A DNA stretch of 64,000 bases from Acidobacteriota bacterium (lineage in GTDB: Bacteria; Acidobacteriota; Terriglobia; Terriglobales; Acidobacteriaceae). Of this stretch, positions 44,447-54,021 are shown piece by piece. The translations under genes and the position numbers were made by a program. The notes below the pieces were generated by a model. That model was not told the DNA's origin. It saw nothing but the letters and a program-made list of their open reading frames with translations, and did not search any database. Each line of letters starts with the position of its first letter. Positions within the stretch are counted from its first letter, which is position 1. The DNA is taken from assembly GCA_018268775.1 (NCBI GenBank), contig JAFDVV010000019.1:156483-220482 (forward strand), given 5' to 3'.

Positions 44447-47082
44447 CGACCGCTCCTGAACAAAATCTCTCTTGCCGGTTTCTTGAAGAGGCTGCCGCTT
44501 GGTTCGCCAACCAGCTCGAATCCGGCCCAGTAGTAGGGCGGCGCGCCGGAGTGCAGCATGTCGAGCTGCGCCCGCCGCAACGCCTCTGCTTTTCCCGCGC
44601 CAGTGCCGAGCTGCCGATAGAAATCAATCATCAGTTGCGCGGTTGCCTGATCTTCAACTTCCCAGAGCGTCGATACAACACTCTGTGCTCCTGCCTCAAT
44701 GAAAGCGTTAACGATATTAGCGACTCCCTCTTCTCCTACGGGGCCGATGCCTGTGTCACAGGCCGAGAGCGTTACCAGGCTGGCATTGAGAGGCAATCGC
44801 CTGATTTCGCGCACCTGGAGGAGTCCATCATTGACGGGCGGGTTCTCGGGTGCGAAGACAAGAGCGGAACGATCCGGGAATTCGGAATTGGCATATCCGT
44901 GCAGGGCAAGATGAATGACGTTGAACCGACTGAGCGGAAGACGCTTGAAATCTGTCTCGGTAGCGTGGTTGCCCAGTAAGACCGTGCTTGGTTTGGGAAA
45001 ATCAGCGGCAATTGTCTCCACTTCGTTGCGGCTTTCCGGCAGAGCGATCAGTTGTTGTCGCTCCGGCCCGGAAATGGCCCTGCGGATATCCGCAATCAAT
45101 GTCATTGAGGGCGGTTTGGATGTCCAGGCCGCTATTCCCAAATACGGCAGGTCCTCTCGCGTCATCGAGGTTGTACGATGCCTGAGCATATCGAGCACGG
45201 TTCCCGACGGCGCCACCGTCATCAAATGCGAGTTGAGGATGTATTGCCCGGAATCCACCAATGCGGAAAATGGCAGGAGATGTAACTTGCTATCCGGAAC
45301 CACAATCACGGCCTGCTTCTCTTTGAATTCCGGTATGCCGCCAAGCAGACCGTCGAAGAGTCGTTGTGCCAGGGGCAAATCCGTCTTCTGCTCGACCAAC
45401 TCGGACCGGTACTGCGCCGCTTCTCGTTCGAGGATGGACTTCGGCGGCAGGGTGTAGCGATGAACAGTGTCTCGTGCAATCGCGAGCGCATAGGAATTTG
45501 GATCGGCCAGCACATATTCGACAAGGAGCTCAGATGGTTGCATGGCACGCTGCAATTCGGCCAGGGGAACCGGTTTCGGCGGTGTATCAATCGCTGATGC
45601 TGCTCCTCCGGGGAGTTGCTGTTCCGCAGCGTAAATGGCGGCCAGGGTATTGGTTCTTGCTTTTGGATCATCGGTGTCGAGTAGCTGTACATTCAGTTTC
45701 GTAAGGCGAATCTCCTCAGCATCCGGCTCGCTCGGTGCAATCGTTTCGTGATGAGTAAGTGTCTGCGCCTCTACCCGTCCGCGCGCGCGCTCGATGGCCC
45801 GGAACGCATCTGCCATTCTGCCCTGTTCGGTGAGCGATACAAAATACCCGGCATAGACGGTGCTCAGATCGCTCAGCAGTTGCCGTTCCACCATCGGTGT
45901 TGGAACTTTGCTCAGGAGCCCATCCAGCAGGTCGGCGCTTTTCCCATAGAGATCGTTCGATGCCTTTACGTTCCCCATCCGCGCCATGATTTCTGCTTTG
46001 ATCGCAAGATTTTTCGGCGCGAAATACAGCTCGTCGGGGATTTTGCGGTTGGCATCAATGGCTTCGTTGATCGCCGCCAATGCTGGTTGCAGTGCGTCTT
46101 GATGGAGGTATGCGCTTGCCAAGGACCCGTCCACCTGTGTCAATCCGCGCCAATACAAAAGCTGATTGGCGTACGAGGCCGATGCGGTAAGGTCGGATAT
46201 AGTCTGAGGCCAGTTGCCCATTTGCTCGTAAACGTCCGCCCTCGTTTGGTAAAGCTCATAGAGATGCTCCGTGAGATGGTAAGCAGAAACCTTTTGCATC
46301 TCGGTGGCGGCCAGCGCAAGAGCTTCTTTGTTCTTGCCGAGGCCACTCAAAGCCTCAATCTTGGCCGTGATGGCGATAGAGGGATACGCTACCCCTCTGG
46401 TCTTCGTGGCAACCCTGATCGCCTCATTTAGTGGTCCGAGCGCCTCTTTATATTTGTGCAACTCGACCAAGCCCGTGCCATAGACGCTCGCATATCGAAC
46501 CTGAGCGGCAGGATCGGCAACCTTCGCCACCGTCCATGCCTTCACCACGTCTTTTTTGGCAGTTGCGATGTCACCGAGCAGGAACGCCGCTATGCCTTGC
46601 TCGCCAATTGCTCGCGAGGCGAGCAGAAAATGATGCTGCCGCATAGCCAGAGTTTCTACCTGTGCCCATGTATCCCGTGCCATGCCGGAATCGTAGTTCA
46701 CTTCGAGCATTCCCAGAATAGTCAGAACCCGAAGCCGTGTTTCGGAGTCGCGTGCCTCGGGCAAGCTCAGATCGTGCCGTAAAGTCGCAATCTGGCTAGG
46801 GAGAGTCGTTGTGGATTCGCTGTGCGCTGGCATCTGGCTCACCCGCGCGTAGAGGGCCTTCGAGGGCCGATGCTCCTGTGTGAACTGCAATTCGGCTTGA
46901 TGATAGAGGGGCGCGGCGGCAATCCAGCTATTGAGCCACGACACCTTGTCGGCCCGCTCCAAGAGCGCCTCTGGCAAATCGGGCTTTCTGCGGTGGACGA
47001 TTCGATATCCAACCGCACCCAGAGAGACGGCGACGAGCACACCGGCAGTGATGCGAACAGCAGGGGAGGAGGCAATTCGCAT
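44443..47082 (-). CDS. CHAT-domain (caspase-like) protease with an N-terminal TM anchor and a long helical-repeat (TPR-like) region
   Basis: The C-terminal CHAT domain has an intact His (HLALHGYAN, codon 44899-44901) and Cys (TLSACDTG, codon 44758-44760). The preceding ~550 aa are a helical-repeat region. N-terminus: MRIASSPAVRITAGVLVAVSLGAVGYRIV. Confidence 0.8.
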   Translation of the reverse strand: MRIASSPAVRITAGVLVAVSLGAVGYRIVHRRKPDLPEALLERADKVSWLNSWIAAAPLYHQAELQFTQEHRPSKALYARVSQMPAHSESTTTLPSQIATLRHDLSLPEARDSETRLRVLTILGMLEVNYDSGMARDTWAQVETLAMRQHHFLLASRAIGEQGIAAFLLGDIATAKKDVVKAWTVAKVADPAAQVRYASVYGTGLVELHKYKEALGPLNEAIRVATKTRGVAYPSIAITAKIEALSGLGKNKEALALAATEMQKVSAYHLTEHLYELYQTRADVYEQMGNWPQTISDLTASASYANQLLYWRGLTQVDGSLASAYLHQDALQPALAAINEAIDANRKIPDELYFAPKNLAIKAEIMARMGNVKASNDLYGKSADLLDGLLSKVPTPMVERQLLSDLSTVYAGYFVSLTEQGRMADAFRAIERARGRVEAQTLTHHETIAPSEPDAEEIRLTKLNVQLLDTDDPKARTNTLAAIYAAEQQLPGGAASAIDTPPKPVPLAELQRAMQPSELLVEYVLADPNSYALAIARDTVHRYTLPPKSILEREAAQYRSELVEQKTDLPLAQRLFDGLLGGIPEFKEKQAVIVVPDSKLHLLPFSALVDSGQYILNSHLMTVAPSGTVLDMLRHRTTSMTREDLPYLGIAAWTSKPPSMTLIADIRRAISGPERQQLIALPESRNEVETIAADFPKPSTVLLGNHATETDFKRLPLSRFNVIHLALHGYANSEFPDRSALVFAPENPPVNDGLLQVREIRRLPLNASLVTLSACDTGIGPVGEEGVANIVNAFIEAGAQSVVSTLWEVEDQATAQLMIDFYRQLGTGAGKAEALRRAQLDMLHSGAPPYYWAGFELVGEPSGSLFKKPAREILFRSGR

Positions 47083-47314
47083 GAGGCCCCATTTGAACTT
47101 CAGCGTTTATGATGCCAGATTGCACTCAGCATGAGCAATTTTCCCAATTCAAATTCAGAGCAGCAGCTTGTTCCCTGGCGGGCATACGAACGGCAGCCAA
47201 GACCAACGTGCCGGATCTGGCGTGTTTCTGATTCGATGTATAGCTGTGGAGCTTCAGCGGCCATTCCTCATGCTGACCAGATTATGTATCAGAAAACGAA
47301 TCGGGAAGAAAAGC

Positions 47315-50300
47315 TCACTCCGTTTGCCCTCTTTGCTTGGGTGAGGCGATAATATCGTCGTGCGCTGCGGTTTGGGTTTGGTCGGGATGAAGATGCCCGC
47401 GTTTCAAAGCGCGTTCTTTGATCATGACGAAGAAGATAGGAACAAGAATTAACACATGGATCGTGGAGGTAATCATGCCCCCGACGATTGGCGCCGCGAT
47501 TGGCTTCATCACATCGGAGCCGATGCCCGTTTCCCAGAGGATCGGCGCAAGACTGGCGATGACCGCGATCACGGTCATTAGCTTGGGACGGAGCCGCAAT
47601 ACCGCTCCTTCCATTGCGGCGGCTTCTATGTCCGCATTGGTGAGTGGCTCTCCCGTTTCCAGACGGTTTTCCAACGCTTCGTGAAGATAGACGACCATGA
47701 CCACCCCGGTCTCAACGGCAACGCCAAACAGCGCGATGTAGCCCACCGCAACGGCAACGCTAAAATTGTAGTGAAGAATCCATTGCAGAAGCAGCCCTCC
47801 GGTCATGGCGTAGATCGTGGGAAAAATAAGAACGAGCGCTTCCGTCACAGAATGGAAGACCATGTATAGCAGCAAGAAGATCACGAAAAAGACGATTGGC
47901 AGGATGAGTTTCAGGCGCTGTTTCGCCGCCAACTCAAATTGATACTCGCCCGACCATTGGAAAGTGTAATTTGCGGGCAGTTTTAGCTTGTCTTGAATTA
48001 GTTTATTGGCCTGGGAAACGAACCCGCCGTAATCTGTAGTATTCAGGTCGATGTAGATGTAGCCTGTCAGCGCTCCATCCTCATCGCGGATCATGGCCGG
48101 ACCCTTTGAGAATGAAATGTTTGCCACCTGTCCGAGAGGGATCTGTGCGCCCGATGGTGTTCCAATGAGAACCCTGCGCATCGCTTCCACGTTATCTCGA
48201 AATGCTGGTTGATAGCGGACGTTGATGGGGTAGCGTTCCCGTCCTTGGATGTTCTCGGCGATGTTCTGGCCGCCGATTCCGGAGGCCACGGCAGTCTGGA
48301 CATCCGCGATGGTCAGTCCGTAGCGGGCAGCTTCCTCTCGATTGACGGCTACGTTGACATAAAATCCTTGCGCCACCTTTTCCGCAAAAATAGACCGGAC
48401 CTGCGGCATGCTCGAAAGCACAGTCTGAATCTGCGCAGCGACTTTTTGGATACCATCGACCGTGGTTCCTTGCACTTTGATGCCAAGCGGAGTTTTTATG
48501 CCGGTCAATTCCATATCCAGCCGGTTCTCCACGGGCATGGTCCAGGTGTTGGTAAGTCCCGGAAACTGGAGCTTGGCATCCATCGCCTGAATGAGCTTTT
48601 GATACGTCATGCCAGCGGGCCACTGATTGCGCGGCTTCAGCATCAGCGTTGTATCGAACATGTCGAGCGGAGCATTGTCGGTTGCGCTGTCGGAACGTCC
48701 AACGGCGCCAAAGACGCTTTCCACCTCCGGGAAGGTTCGTAGAATCTTGTCCTGCTCTTGCAGCAACACCTTGGCCTGTCCAATGGAGACCCCAGGCAGC
48801 GCGGTGGGCATATATAAAGCTGATCCTTCAAAGAGCGACGGCATGAACTGGCTGCCCAGGTGAAGAGCGAGCGGAAGCGTCACAAGCAGGAAAATCAGGT
48901 TGACGAGAATCGTGAGTTTGCGATATCTCAGGCAGAAGCGAAGTATTGGCCGGTAAATGGCCTGCGTAACACGGGAGATAGGGTTGTCGTTTTCCGGTCG
49001 CAGGCGGCCACGGATCAGCATCACCATCAGCACCGGAACAAGTGTTATGGCCAAGATGGAGGAACAGGCTTCGGAGAGTGTCTTGCTCCACGCCAGCGGG
49101 CGGAACATCCGTCCCGACTGCGCCTGTAGCATAAAGACCGGCAGGAAGGACACGATGATAATCAGCAGCGAAAAGAACAGCGCCGGGCCGACCTGCTTGG
49201 CTGCGCGGATCAAGACCGTGCGGCGTTCCGGCTCTGTGACTGGGGTGTTGCTGTCCTGCTGGCGTTCCGATAAATGGCGATACCCATTTTCGACCATCAC
49301 AATCGAAGCATCAACAAGAACTCCAATGGCGAGAGCCAGGCCGCCCAGCGACATAATGTTCGACGTGACGCCGAGAAAGTAAATGGGCAAAAACGACACC
49401 ACGACCGCAATGGGTAAGGCGATGATGGCGATGAGCGCCGAGCGGAAGTGAAACAGGAAAATGATAATGATCAGGCTGACAATGATCACTTCTTCCAATA
49501 GGTCACGCTGGAGCGTTTCGATCGATGCTTCGATCAGGCCAGAGCGGTCGTAGCCGGTCATGATTTTGACGCCCGGAGGCAGCGACGGCGCAATCTCGCG
49601 CAGTTTCTGCTTGACGCCTTGAATGACCTTCAAGGCGTTCTCGCCTTGACGCATGACGATGATGCCGCCGACCGTCTCGCCTTTGCCATTCCATTCGGCG
49701 ACCCCTTCGCGGATGTCGGGGCCAAAACTGACGGTGCCGACATCGCGGATCAGCACTGGCGTTCCATTTTTGCTGCCCACCGCCACGTCCGCTAAATCAT
49801 TTAAGGAATGCAGGTAGCCCAGTCCGCGGATCATGTATTCGGCGCCACTTAGGTCTAGCAGCCGTCCCCCCACTTCATTCGTGCTCTGCTTGACACGGTC
49901 AATCACGGTAGAGAGTGGAATGCCGTAGGCCAACAATTTATTTGGATCGAGTTGCACCTCATACTGGCGTACGTAGCCGCCGATGCTCGCGACCTCAGCC
50001 ACACCGGGCACCGTTTCCAACTGATAGCGCAAATGCCAGTCCTGCAGGGTGCGCAGGTCGGCCAGGCTCAGGTTGTGGCTTGTATCGACAATGGCATACT
50101 CATAGACCCAGCCTGCGCCGGTCGCGTCGGGACCAATCGCGGGATGCACGTTGGGCGGCAGTTGCCCGCTGATCTGTTGCAGGTATTCGATTACGCGGGA
50201 ACGCGCCCAGTAGAGGTCCGTGCCATCCTGAAAAACAACATAGACATAGGAATCGCCAAACATGGTCTGTGCACGAACTGCTTTCACACGCGGTGCAGCG

Positions 50301-50521
50301 AGGAAGCTCGTCACAATGGGATAGGTGACCTGATCTTCGATGACATCCGGCGGTTCACCCGCCCAGCTCGTATGAATAATCACCTGCACGTCCGAGATGT
50401 CCGGCAATGCGTCGATGGGCACGTGTTTGAGCGACCAGATACCAGCCAGCGTTAGAAATACCACCGCAGTGAAAACCAGGAAACGATTATGGGCGCAACC
50501 TTCAATAATTTTGGAGAGCAT
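47315..50521 (-). CDS. Heavy-metal efflux RND pump (CusA/CzcA family)
   Basis: 1068 aa with 12-TM RND architecture and HME-type motifs (GGLALAIGVLVDASIVMVEN, ALFGVAVETGVVMVVY). Confidence 0.9.
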   Translation of the reverse strand: MLSKIIEGCAHNRFLVFTAVVFLTLAGIWSLKHVPIDALPDISDVQVIIHTSWAGEPPDVIEDQVTYPIVTSFLAAPRVKAVRAQTMFGDSYVYVVFQDGTDLYWARSRVIEYLQQISGQLPPNVHPAIGPDATGAGWVYEYAIVDTSHNLSLADLRTLQDWHLRYQLETVPGVAEVASIGGYVRQYEVQLDPNKLLAYGIPLSTVIDRVKQSTNEVGGRLLDLSGAEYMIRGLGYLHSLNDLADVAVGSKNGTPVLIRDVGTVSFGPDIREGVAEWNGKGETVGGIIVMRQGENALKVIQGVKQKLREIAPSLPPGVKIMTGYDRSGLIEASIETLQRDLLEEVIIVSLIIIIFLFHFRSALIAIIALPIAVVVSFLPIYFLGVTSNIMSLGGLALAIGVLVDASIVMVENGYRHLSERQQDSNTPVTEPERRTVLIRAAKQVGPALFFSLLIIIVSFLPVFMLQAQSGRMFRPLAWSKTLSEACSSILAITLVPVLMVMLIRGRLRPENDNPISRVTQAIYRPILRFCLRYRKLTILVNLIFLLVTLPLALHLGSQFMPSLFEGSALYMPTALPGVSIGQAKVLLQEQDKILRTFPEVESVFGAVGRSDSATDNAPLDMFDTTLMLKPRNQWPAGMTYQKLIQAMDAKLQFPGLTNTWTMPVENRLDMELTGIKTPLGIKVQGTTVDGIQKVAAQIQTVLSSMPQVRSIFAEKVAQGFYVNVAVNREEAARYGLTIADVQTAVASGIGGQNIAENIQGRERYPINVRYQPAFRDNVEAMRRVLIGTPSGAQIPLGQVANISFSKGPAMIRDEDGALTGYIYIDLNTTDYGGFVSQANKLIQDKLKLPANYTFQWSGEYQFELAAKQRLKLILPIVFFVIFLLLYMVFHSVTEALVLIFPTIYAMTGGLLLQWILHYNFSVAVAVGYIALFGVAVETGVVMVVYLHEALENRLETGEPLTNADIEAAAMEGAVLRLRPKLMTVIAVIASLAPILWETGIGSDVMKPIAAPIVGGMITSTIHVLILVPIFFVMIKERALKRGHLHPDQTQTAAHDDIIASPKQRGQTE

Positions 50522-50523
50522 GG

Positions 50524-52137
50524 TTACATGCCTCCTTCAGCGTTCACATGGAGCATCTTGGTCGCAAGCATTTTCCCGTTCTGCTGTGCGGTAATGGTGG
50601 TCTGCCAACTGCCGCCGGAGCCGAGATTGCCCTGACCTTCATACAAACCGTTGCCTTTGTCCGTTAGGGTGACGGTCGTCTTCATCGCGGACATGCCCAT
50701 TGCAGGCATCGCTGGCATATAGAACGTGACAGCCACTTGCGCTCCGCTGATTGGCGCTCCAGATGCATTCGTGAGTCGGACGCGGAAGGTATTGCTGCCT
50801 TTACGAGCTGGAGTGGGGTCGGTGGTGAAATCTATTTTGGCTTGCGCACTTGGCGGGGCGTTGTTACTTCCCGCACCGGGCGGAGGAGGAGCAAAGGAAC
50901 CCGCAGCGGCCTGAAGCTGGCTTTCCGAGTCAATGAGGAAGTTCGCAGAGGTGACAATTTTCTGGTGTGCTTTGAGCCCCTTCAGCACGACGAATTCATC
51001 CCCTGCCCGTGGACCAAGGACCACTTCTTTCGGATCGAGGTTGCCATCGCCCTGATCGAGAAAAACGACCGAACGAGTTCCTGTTTGAAAAACTGCGGAT
51101 GCAGGAACGACCAATTGGCGACCCAGTGGCGCTTTCAAATCGACATTCACAAACATCCCGGGCTTAAGCTCCAGACCACGGTTGGCAATCACTAACCGGA
51201 CGCGAACCGTCCGCGTTGCCAGATCGACTTGGGGAAGAATGTCATCGATGCGTCCGTAGAAAGTCTGTCCGGGATACGAATCGACAGTGATGGAAGCTGC
51301 GTCTCCCGGTTTCAGCCGTCCCACGTCGTTCTGAAACACTTGCGCGTACACCCAGACACGGGACAGATCGGCCACGGTATAAAGCCTTGTCGACGGTTCC
51401 ACATACATATTCGGCAGCGCGTTGTATTCCGTGATATAGCCGGACACCGGGGAATTGATCGTGAGATCTGTGATGGGCTTGCCCGTGGCTTTGAGCTTGT
51501 TCAGTTCGCTTTGCGGCACCTCCCACTGCTCAAGCCGCTGTTCGGCCGCGACCGTCAGGGCGGCCGCTCCAGACGCCACTCCATCAACGGTGCTCGCGCT
51601 GAGCGCCTTCTGATTCTTCCGCGCCAGCAGATATTCCTGCTGCGTCGCGACAAGATCGGGACTATATACGGTGAAAAGAGGTTCGCCCTTGCGGACGTAT
51701 TGGTAAACTGCATTCGCAAATACTTTGCGGATGTAACCCGGAAAGCGCACCTGCACATATGCGAGCAGGCGCTGGTCGATATCGACGTTTCCAGTGGCCC
51801 GGACATCATTGCTTAGTTGCTTGTACTCGACCATTCCGGTCGTGACGCCAATACTCTGCATCCTTTGCGGCGTGATTTGTACCGGTGTCAGCGTCATTTC
51901 CGTTGGCTCCTGCGGCGACTCTGCGGTTGGAGGGCTCGTCATTCCAGGCATGCCGGTGGATTTGGAGGCAGGGGCAACCGTAGGGCCCTGAGCGACTGGT
52001 TGTTCGGCGGTGGGCTGAGAGGAATTCGCCCTTGCAGGCGCCGCAACACGGTGGGAGCGATAGAAAAGTAATCCGGCAATGACAATCGCAAGAATCCCAA
52101 TCCAAACGAGAGAAGTCCGCACAACATACTTATTCAT
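50524..52137 (-). CDS. RND periplasmic adaptor (CusB/CzcB-like) with an extra C-terminal YtkA/FixH-like domain
   Basis: Membrane-fusion-protein core (barrel-sandwich and beta-barrel regions). A Met-containing ~100-aa C-terminal beta domain follows (TFRVRLTNASGAPISGAQVAVTFYMPAMPAMGMSAM...GSWQTTITAQ). Confidence 0.8.
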   Translation of the reverse strand: MNKYVVRTSLVWIGILAIVIAGLLFYRSHRVAAPARANSSQPTAEQPVAQGPTVAPASKSTGMPGMTSPPTAESPQEPTEMTLTPVQITPQRMQSIGVTTGMVEYKQLSNDVRATGNVDIDQRLLAYVQVRFPGYIRKVFANAVYQYVRKGEPLFTVYSPDLVATQQEYLLARKNQKALSASTVDGVASGAAALTVAAEQRLEQWEVPQSELNKLKATGKPITDLTINSPVSGYITEYNALPNMYVEPSTRLYTVADLSRVWVYAQVFQNDVGRLKPGDAASITVDSYPGQTFYGRIDDILPQVDLATRTVRVRLVIANRGLELKPGMFVNVDLKAPLGRQLVVPASAVFQTGTRSVVFLDQGDGNLDPKEVVLGPRAGDEFVVLKGLKAHQKIVTSANFLIDSESQLQAAAGSFAPPPPGAGSNNAPPSAQAKIDFTTDPTPARKGSNTFRVRLTNASGAPISGAQVAVTFYMPAMPAMGMSAMKTTVTLTDKGNGLYEGQGNLGSGGSWQTTITAQQNGKMLATKMLHVNAEGGM

Positions 52138-53399
52138 CGCAGTGTCGCTCCTGTCAGGGTTTCCAGATGGGCTAAAGTAGTTTCGTGATCCGCCAGCACC
52201 TGCGCCTCGTCGAGTTTCATGTTCAGCACGTTCACGAAATAGAGGAGCACGTGCGTGAGCACATCGCGATTGCTGGCATAGGCATTCAGCGTAGAGCGGT
52301 AAGCGGCATCCGATTGCGGAATCAATCCTTCCCGGTATTCTTTCAAAAGCTCCTCATCATTCCTCACAGTGACGTACCCGCGCTTTACCTGAGCAAGCTG
52401 CTGCTGCAAGTGGGCGTCGAGAGTTTCTTGCGACTGGGCAAGCTTTTCCGCGGCCTCTGCAACTTCGGCGTGGGTGCGCGCTCTCCGCGGCAGGCGAATG
52501 TTGAAGGTGAACATGTAGTAGTCGGGGTATTTGCGGTCATTCTGCTGCCACATGTAAGCAAGGCCGAAGTCTGGCTTCCCTTCACGCTTGGCGGATGCAA
52601 GCGCGGCATTTGCTTGATTTACAGAACTAGCGTCTACCTGAATCTGCGGATTACTCTCTTTTACCAGCCCCAACAAATCATCTGAGGAGCGCTGAAGGGA
52701 ATTTTCTTTCAGGGCTTCAGCCACTATATCCGGAGAATTCTGATCGCGATGCAGCAGCGCTTTCAGGTCCGCTTCAGTGTCGCCCCTTTGCTCGTTATTC
52801 GAGGTGATCTCCCTTAAGATTTTTGTGCGCTCCACCTGGGCCTGCAAAACATCGGCCTGCAAGCCCTGGCCGACCTGATAACGTGCGGTCGCATCCTTAA
52901 TGAGCTGGTCAAGAACGCGCTCGTTTTCGCGCAGGATGCCGAGCGCCTCTTGCAGGTACGCCAGATGGATATAGTCCACCTTGACGGCGTCGGCGACACT
53001 GGCAGTGGTCGCTCCAAGTTGCATATCCATCACGTCCGCTTGCCGCTTCGCCACTTCGCCGCGCAAACGCAGCTTGCCCGGATAGGGCAATTCCTGCGAA
53101 GCTCCAATGCCGATGTACGCGAAATTGTTATTGGTGTATCCCGCAAAAGGTCTCGGGCTGCCAACGCTGAATTGCTGATACGTGAACGTCGGATCAGGCA
53201 GCGTGCTTACCTGGCGCGGAACTTGCTTTGCCGCCTGCCAGGCATAATCTGCCGCTGTTATTTGCGAGTTGTTCTGGCTCGCTTCCGTCAAAAGCTCGGA
53301 TAGTGGCGTCGGCGCATTCGAAGAAGCCTCTTGCCCGAATGCGCCAGTCGAAGCAGCAACGATAATGAGCATGGCGGTCAAGAACCGGACCATGAGCAT
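52134..53399 (-). CDS. TolC-family outer-membrane factor (CzcC/CusC-like)
   Basis: 421 aa with a signal peptide and two OEP-type repeats. 4-nt overlap with the adaptor gene. Confidence 0.8.
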   Translation of the reverse strand: MLMVRFLTAMLIIVAASTGAFGQEASSNAPTPLSELLTEASQNNSQITAADYAWQAAKQVPRQVSTLPDPTFTYQQFSVGSPRPFAGYTNNNFAYIGIGASQELPYPGKLRLRGEVAKRQADVMDMQLGATTASVADAVKVDYIHLAYLQEALGILRENERVLDQLIKDATARYQVGQGLQADVLQAQVERTKILREITSNNEQRGDTEADLKALLHRDQNSPDIVAEALKENSLQRSSDDLLGLVKESNPQIQVDASSVNQANAALASAKREGKPDFGLAYMWQQNDRKYPDYYMFTFNIRLPRRARTHAEVAEAAEKLAQSQETLDAHLQQQLAQVKRGYVTVRNDEELLKEYREGLIPQSDAAYRSTLNAYASNRDVLTHVLLYFVNVLNMKLDEAQVLADHETTLAHLETLTGATLR

Positions 53400-53497
53400 A
53401 CGAAATCTCCAATCTCAAAAACGGTTCGCAATTCAGGAATGAGCAGACGCGCGGTTGCGCTGCTGCTCAAGCACACGAAGCGTGAGAGAGGAGTTTG

Positions 53498-53872
53498 CTA
53501 AATTCGGAGGACGGAGATTGCCGCAGGCGGAGATTGCGGAAGCGTGTATGTATGCTGTGGAGCATCACTCGGCAAACCTGTGGGGATATGCAGGAGAGCG
53601 ATGAGAGGAAGACCGGCTGTCCCGTTCAGCGAGTTCTGAAGATGGGCAGTTGAAAGTTGCGCCACATTCCACGAGCTCGCTGCCGGAAGTTCCGTGCTGC
53701 AGCAATTGTGCGAGGCCGGCATTTTCATATTGCCGCACTGGCTTGCCATCTGCTTACAGCAGGCGCGTTCCGCAGAAGTCAGATGTGTACCCGGAACAAC
53801 GCAGGCCATTGCCGGCGTCACCAGCGGCAGGAACACTGCAAATATCAGCGCGAAATGGCGTACGGCCTTCAC
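53498..53872 (-). CDS. Small secreted Cys/Met/His-rich protein (paralog A), first gene of the RND operon
   Basis: Signal peptide MKAVRHFALIFAVFLPLVTPAMA; CCKQMASQCGNMKM; HNCC; C-terminal PPAAISVLRI. Confidence 0.55.
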   Translation of the reverse strand: MKAVRHFALIFAVFLPLVTPAMACVVPGTHLTSAERACCKQMASQCGNMKMPASHNCCSTELPAASSWNVAQLSTAHLQNSLNGTAGLPLIALLHIPTGLPSDAPQHTYTLPQSPPAAISVLRI

Positions 53873-54021
53873 GGCAGCTTCTATTGTACGCTAGGTTGGC
53901 AAGGCGCCTGATGGTAGGTGTCCAAACGTGCCTGGCAATGGTGCATTCACACACTCCGGAGTTTGCAATCAGACCTTGTAGAATTTGCATCTACAGAAAG
54001 CAGAGGCGTATCTTCATCAGG

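Noticed and set aside
47188-47208. ECF-type GAAC-N-CGT motif between the CHAT gene and the RND operon.
   Set aside because: It is oriented on the plus strand toward the 3' end of the RND gene, with no downstream plus-strand gene. The spacer is 14 nt rather than 16-17.
47131-47352. 73-aa ORF in the CHAT/RND intergenic region.
   Set aside because: No ribosome-binding site and no motif. It overlaps the 3' end of the RND gene. Not supportable.
53933-53945. Sigma-54-like TGGCA...TGCA element in the divergent metal promoter.
   Set aside because: The GG-to-GC spacing is 3 nt too short compared with TGGCAC-N5-TTGCA, and no bEBP gene is nearby.
53650-54021. Long N-terminal extension (124 codons) of the ORF encoding paralog B.
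   Set aside because: The extension runs antisense through paralog A and has a shadow-ORF composition. The Met at 54022 yields a clean signal peptide.
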